The translations under genes and the position numbers were made by a program. From Phoronis australis (taxonomy: Eukaryota; Animalia; Phoronida): a DNA stretch of 64,000 nt. The notes under the pieces were generated by a model that was not told where the DNA came from, searched no databases, and saw only the letters and a list, made by a program, of their open reading frames with translations. Positions 63,001-64,000 of this stretch are shown piece by piece; positions within the stretch are counted from its first letter, which is position 1; every line of letters starts with the position of its first letter. The DNA lies in the NCBI GenBank assembly GCA_002633005.1, contig NMRA01000037.1, positions 791,311 to 855,310 of the forward strand. Reading direction: 5' to 3'.

Positions 63001-63497
63001 TATGTTGGCACTCGCTGTTCTCTGTAAATATTATCCTGATGATGTCTAATGAATAGACGAAACGTTGATTGAACATGAACTTTTTTATTTGTGCGGCGAT
63101 GGTCCGGTTTTTAGTAAAGATCACAAAGCAACTAAGCAAGGCGCAATTTTTGCCTCCTTTGGACTTTTGCTCAAAAAACGTAGTCGGTTTCATTTTGAGA
63201 CCTGCAGTTGCTGATGAAAAAAAGTGTCTGCCCACATCAGTTTCAGCGAAGGTCTAATGTTTTTTGTTGAAGGGATCAACTGACTTGATTAGAGTATTGT
63301 AACGGGACAAAGATGCCGAAGAAGACTGCCACTGCACAGACTCCAGAGTCTACTAATGGTAAGATGAGTTATTGTTGGTTTAATTCCTCTGCTGCCTTCC
63401 AAACACTTCAGTTGCCATGGAAATGCCCATTTTTTTCTCTATGATTCGGTACATACAGTAGGCACTAAAATAGTTGTACAGTGTTCCCCAGATTTCC
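60096..63497. repeat. ~1.65-kb tandem duplication around the N at 61845 (probable uncollapsed haplotypes)
   Basis: 60096-~61730 matches 61846-~63497 with SNPs and small indels. Confidence 0.85.
61146..61335. mobile_element. Palindromic MITE-like hairpin (second copy at ~62912-63100)
   Basis: cgccgcacaaataaaa...tcaacgtttcgtctat...atatttacagag pairs with ctctgtaaatat...atagacgaaacgttga...ttttatttgtgcggcg; arms about 80 bp. Confidence 0.8.
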
Positions 63498-64000
63498 CTG
63501 TCTTAGTGACTGAGCTAAAGCAATTCATTGTCCTAGTATCTCATCTGTCAGGGAGATACAAGAATCTCTCAGTGGAAGTAATTGTGACTACGATCTTGCA
63601 AAGTCTCGCGTGACTGCGAGACTGCATTTTTGCCAGGCCCTTGTGTCTACAGAACGCACGCCTGTTCACAAAATTGTAAACTTTCTGTGGTAATATTTTT
63701 ACATGGTTTCTTATCTATTCAAAATGTTTCAGTTAGAATTTCGAGATGTGTTATTATTATGTGTAACGGGAATCGGTGGAGCGACCAGCACCGATCTATT
63801 TAGTTTCTAAAATGTCGACTGTTCGTAGCCGATAAAAATATTTGCAGCGTTGTGTACTTTTTCACTCGTTCGAATCGCATACGAGAGAACCATGGTGACA
63901 ACTTATAGAGAGTGAAACAAGAGAGAAGTAGATAAATATACTGAATTTTATTATGCGATATATATGAAACACAGATCTACAAACTTACAACTCATCGCTA

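Overview
AT-rich, intron-rich animal (probably invertebrate) genomic DNA with no prokaryotic features. Two convergent genes could be rebuilt by hand from splice sites and reading frames. (1) Plus strand: the last two coding exons of an Alx-type (aristaless-like, PRD-class Q50, OAR-motif) homeobox gene at 7434-7565 and 8719-9078; its upstream exons were not found and probably lie left of the window. (2) Minus strand: a complete single-pass Ig-superfamily receptor with 28 coding exons (55684 to 20825, 4806 nt, 1601 aa). Its architecture is signal peptide, 10 Ig, 3 FN3, TM, and a ~330-aa cytoplasmic tail with ITIM-, NPxY- and YDxP-type tyrosine motifs. All 27 introns are GT-AG and phase-compatible. 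I do not recognise the 10Ig-3FN3 layout as any standard named family, and it is the best candidate here for something undescribed. Introns and intergenic DNA hold many MITE/foldback elements, a tRNA-derived SINE and minisatellites, one of which is built from an exon end plus its splice donor. Four tandem duplications each abut a single N and are most likely uncollapsed haplotypes. No database searches were run; family assignments rest on recalled motifs.
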